64,000 bases of DNA. It comes from Tubulanus polymorphus. Taxonomy: Eukaryota > Animalia > Nemertea. Where the stretch lies: the NCBI RefSeq assembly GCF_964204645.1, contig NW_027437443.1:1-64000 (forward strand), given 5' to 3'. Positions 61,201 through 64,000 of this stretch are shown here, piece by piece. A program made the translations under genes and the position numbers. Position 1 is the stretch's first letter; every line of letters starts with the position of its first letter. Below the pieces are notes generated by a model. The model was not told the origin of the DNA. It did no database searches and saw only the letters and a program-made list of their open reading frames with translations.

Positions 61201-64000
61201 ATCTGCCGGTAAAAAACAAGGCATTTGATTGGCTTAATACGTTAGACTAATGGCCGCTTAGAAGCAAACTGGCCGCTTAGAAGCAAACTGGCCGCTCAAG
61301 AACTCTTGGGCAATGCAATAGACCAATCTTGCAGATCTTGGGTTTGTGTTGTCTTCAGCAGGAGACAATCAAACCCTGACAAGCAAGGGGTATCGATGAA
61401 TTGATAAATGAAGTCTGATTTCTCTTTATTTCCAATAAGGAACGTGGGTTCAATGCGGAAACGTCGACTGCATGAAATGGCGTCACTTGAAAGACGTTCA
61501 CGACCCGACGAGCGTGCCGGAGAAATGGACGTGTAATATGAACGAAGATAAACGTTATAATTTGTGTAAACGACCCGAACAGGAATGGCACGAAGACGAC
61601 GACGGAGACAACTTCGTTTATAACAAATACACCGAAGGTTCAATCGTTTGGGCGAAGATGGACGGATATCCTTGGTAAGCAGGGTTGTTTTATAGCAATT
61701 TTCCAACCGTTCATAGTGGATCTGGTTTTCACATACAGTGAGGGTTCCGTCGCCAATGCCCTCATCCTGTATTGAAAAATAAGACGTCAAACTACGAATA
61801 AAATGCTCTGAGACGAGATTGATGGAATTTCTGTTGAATTTATTTGTTTTGTATGTTAGGTGGCCCGGAATGGTCGAAATAGATCCGAATATTGACACAT
61901 ATTTTGAAGTACCGAGCGACGATGAAAGTTATGTTCCGGTAAGATCACTTCTTAAATACCCTCATCATCAATACAGTACTAGTAGGAATATACCTTCCAC
62001 AGGGTGACTTAACCACCGACCTGGCAAAATAACGGGGTCTGACTGAAAAATCTCGAATTTTCACAAATCTTACCAAAAATTTTGACTAGTGTTTCTTTAT
62101 AACTACATGATTCAATGAAAAATGACTAAATTGTAACATATTAAGCCTAAATATTTCTCTGATTCACTCTGGGAATTTTGTGTAATGGAAAACTTGCAGG
62201 ATTTGTAAATGGGCAGAAAATGGCGGCACCCTGTCAAATTCTGTAATATTGACGTTCTTAAAACATGATTATGTAATCTTCACTTGTAGAATTACTATCA
62301 CGTTGTGTATTTCGACGATAAAGTTTCTCGTACTTGGGTCAGAGAACATAGACTTAAAAGTTTCAACGACATGTCCCCAGAAACAACTGCTGCTGTGAGT
62401 ACTAACCTCACAGTACTTTTTCAATAAAATTTCTTGATCTTAAAATAGGGATGATTGTCACTCTTATTTATTTGTTTGATACGTAAATCTTTAGTTAAGT
62501 AGTTTATTTCAAAGTTACAAAAAGTCAGGTAAAAACGTTTAGTTTTGCTGTTTTATAGGTGAGATATAATCGCGGAAAATACAAGAAGGACTTGGATAAC
62601 GCCATCAGAAATGCTAAAAACGCCATAGAAATGACAATAATGGTTAGTGATGTCCTTTACTCTTTGATTTGCTATAAGAACATCTCAAAAACATTTTTTT
62701 GAAATTTCCTAACTGTTTTTAAACTCAAAATCAAAACTGATTAGATTTAAATTATCGATTTCTCTCACACAGGAACGCCTTAAGAAATACGGATTCGCAA
62801 ACAGATACAAAGGTCACTGGGGGACGGAGGAAATCACGGATAGAGGCAACGTCCGGTTACCCGAGAAGAAAAGCGATGTTACTCGAATTTTAACCGACGC
62901 CGAGAAATTTTTGTCGCAAACAGTTGAGATTCTGGACACGATGGAAGAAGAGTTGCTTGATAATCGTGATAGCTCGACTGAGGAAAGCGGCGGTAGGTTG
63001 TTGCTGGAAAACTGTATTATATAGTAAAATCATTTTACCGAATTTACTCTGGATATACATGTATTAGAGACTTAGATTAAAGTCTTTCGACGGTCATTGC
63101 CTTCTCGATCATTGGAGGGAATCCTTTGTCGGATGATGTCACTATTGTGATCAAGACTGCAATGACCGTGAAAGACTGATTCTTTTATGGATAGTTCCTC
63201 AATAATTTCCCGCAGAACAGGGAAACTGGGAAAAACTTGGGAATTTGGAAATAATAATTCCCGGTTTGGAAATATTTGAGAAATTTTCCTCAAATCAGGG
63301 AAATATTTGGGAAATTCGTTACATTTCATGGATTGCATTTGCCAAGGGCGACTTTCTTCAGCGATTTCCCTTGAAAATCACCTTTATCAGCCAGTCACCA
63401 GTAAAATGTTGACTGTAGCATGATATGTCTGTTCATTTCCATTTGGGAAAATTGAAAAATCTCCCATGAAATACTTGGGAATTTTGAATTCATATAACTG
63501 TGGGAACCATGTTTCTTGCATACCAGGGTAGATGAATTTAGCTAGATAATTCTATAGATAAATTATTCTGGACCAAATAGATTTGTAGAAAATATATTAC
63601 AGTTTTATTTTCAGGCGACGGCGATGAAGATTTCGAAATGAGCGAATCTCCTAAAAAGCAGAAAAAACGAAAAAAGCAATCGAAAACGAGTCGATCGCCA
63701 TCAGATGACGCGGGAGCATCGACTGATGATGAAGAGGGCGGGCAACAACCAGAGAAGAAATACACCGGACAGAGTTTATCCGAGCGCCGCGATCGAATCA
63801 AACTAAAAACGAAACGTCGAAGTAAAGTGAATTCATCGCGTAAAATTGATTCGGACGAGGGTAAAAGACCGAAAAAGAAGACCAAAGTAGAAATTAGCAA
63901 TGTTAAAAAACCGACCTTCGCAGTTCCTAAAATGCCGAAATGGAAAAAAGTTTCGACTAAGAATGATTCGCCAGTGCAGGTTCTAAAGTCACCGGTGCTC
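58298..64000 (+). CDS. ZCWPW1: Zinc finger CW-type and PWWP domain protein (ZCWPW1-like), 3'-partial
   Basis: Exons ~58298-58328, 58527-58684, 58885-59059, 59394-59573, 59815-59995, 60558-60772, 60849-60971, 61440-61674 (zf-CW: WVQCGNVDCMKWR...WTCNMNED..YNLCKRPEQ; start of PWWP GSIVWAKMDGYPW), 61860-61938 (WPGMVEIDP), 62290-62394 (YHVVYFDDKVSRTWV), 62559-62642, 62773-62992 (ERLKKYGFANRY), 63615-end (open). The N-terminal low-complexity exons are less certain than the domain exons. The long N-terminal region and position next to MEPCE favour ZCWPW1 over ZCWPW2. Confidence 0.85.
60143..60348. repeat. Fold-back palindrome (MITE-like) in ZCWPW1 intron
   Basis: TGAAAGACTAAAAAG / CTTTTTAGTCTTTCA outer arms; AAAATGGAGACAGAATTTT / AAAATTCTGTCTTCATTTT inner arms. 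Confidence 0.7.

Overview
Eukaryotic, intron-rich, AT-rich animal DNA. Gene content and intron style suggest a protostome or lophotrochozoan-type invertebrate (inference). Four spliced protein genes could be reconstructed by hand from GT-AG boundaries and reading phase: (1) the 3' half of the mitochondrial phage-type RNA polymerase POLRMT (+, 18 exons, 1307-6649); (2) a complete kinesin-3 KIF1A/unc-104 (-, 36 core exons, ~1670 aa, 47406-10639) with several unannotated-looking cassette or micro-exons, including one in the K-loop; (3) the 7SK methylphosphate capping enzyme MEPCE/Bin3 (-, 4 exons, 699 aa); (4) a CW-zinc-finger/PWWP protein ZCWPW1 (+, runs off the window), head-to-head with MEPCE as in human. 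The most notable non-coding signals are: a complete U3 snoRNA gene hidden in a KIF1A intron, with its own PSE + TATA + oligo-T (Pol III-type) cassette and a compensatory box C'/D swap; a Penelope-type minimal hammerhead ribozyme inside a fold-back insertion in the last POLRMT intron; and a dispersed element whose inverted termini are tRNA-like Pol III promoters. Introns also carry many MITE families and minisatellites. Exon coordinates are hand-derived and may be off by a base or two.
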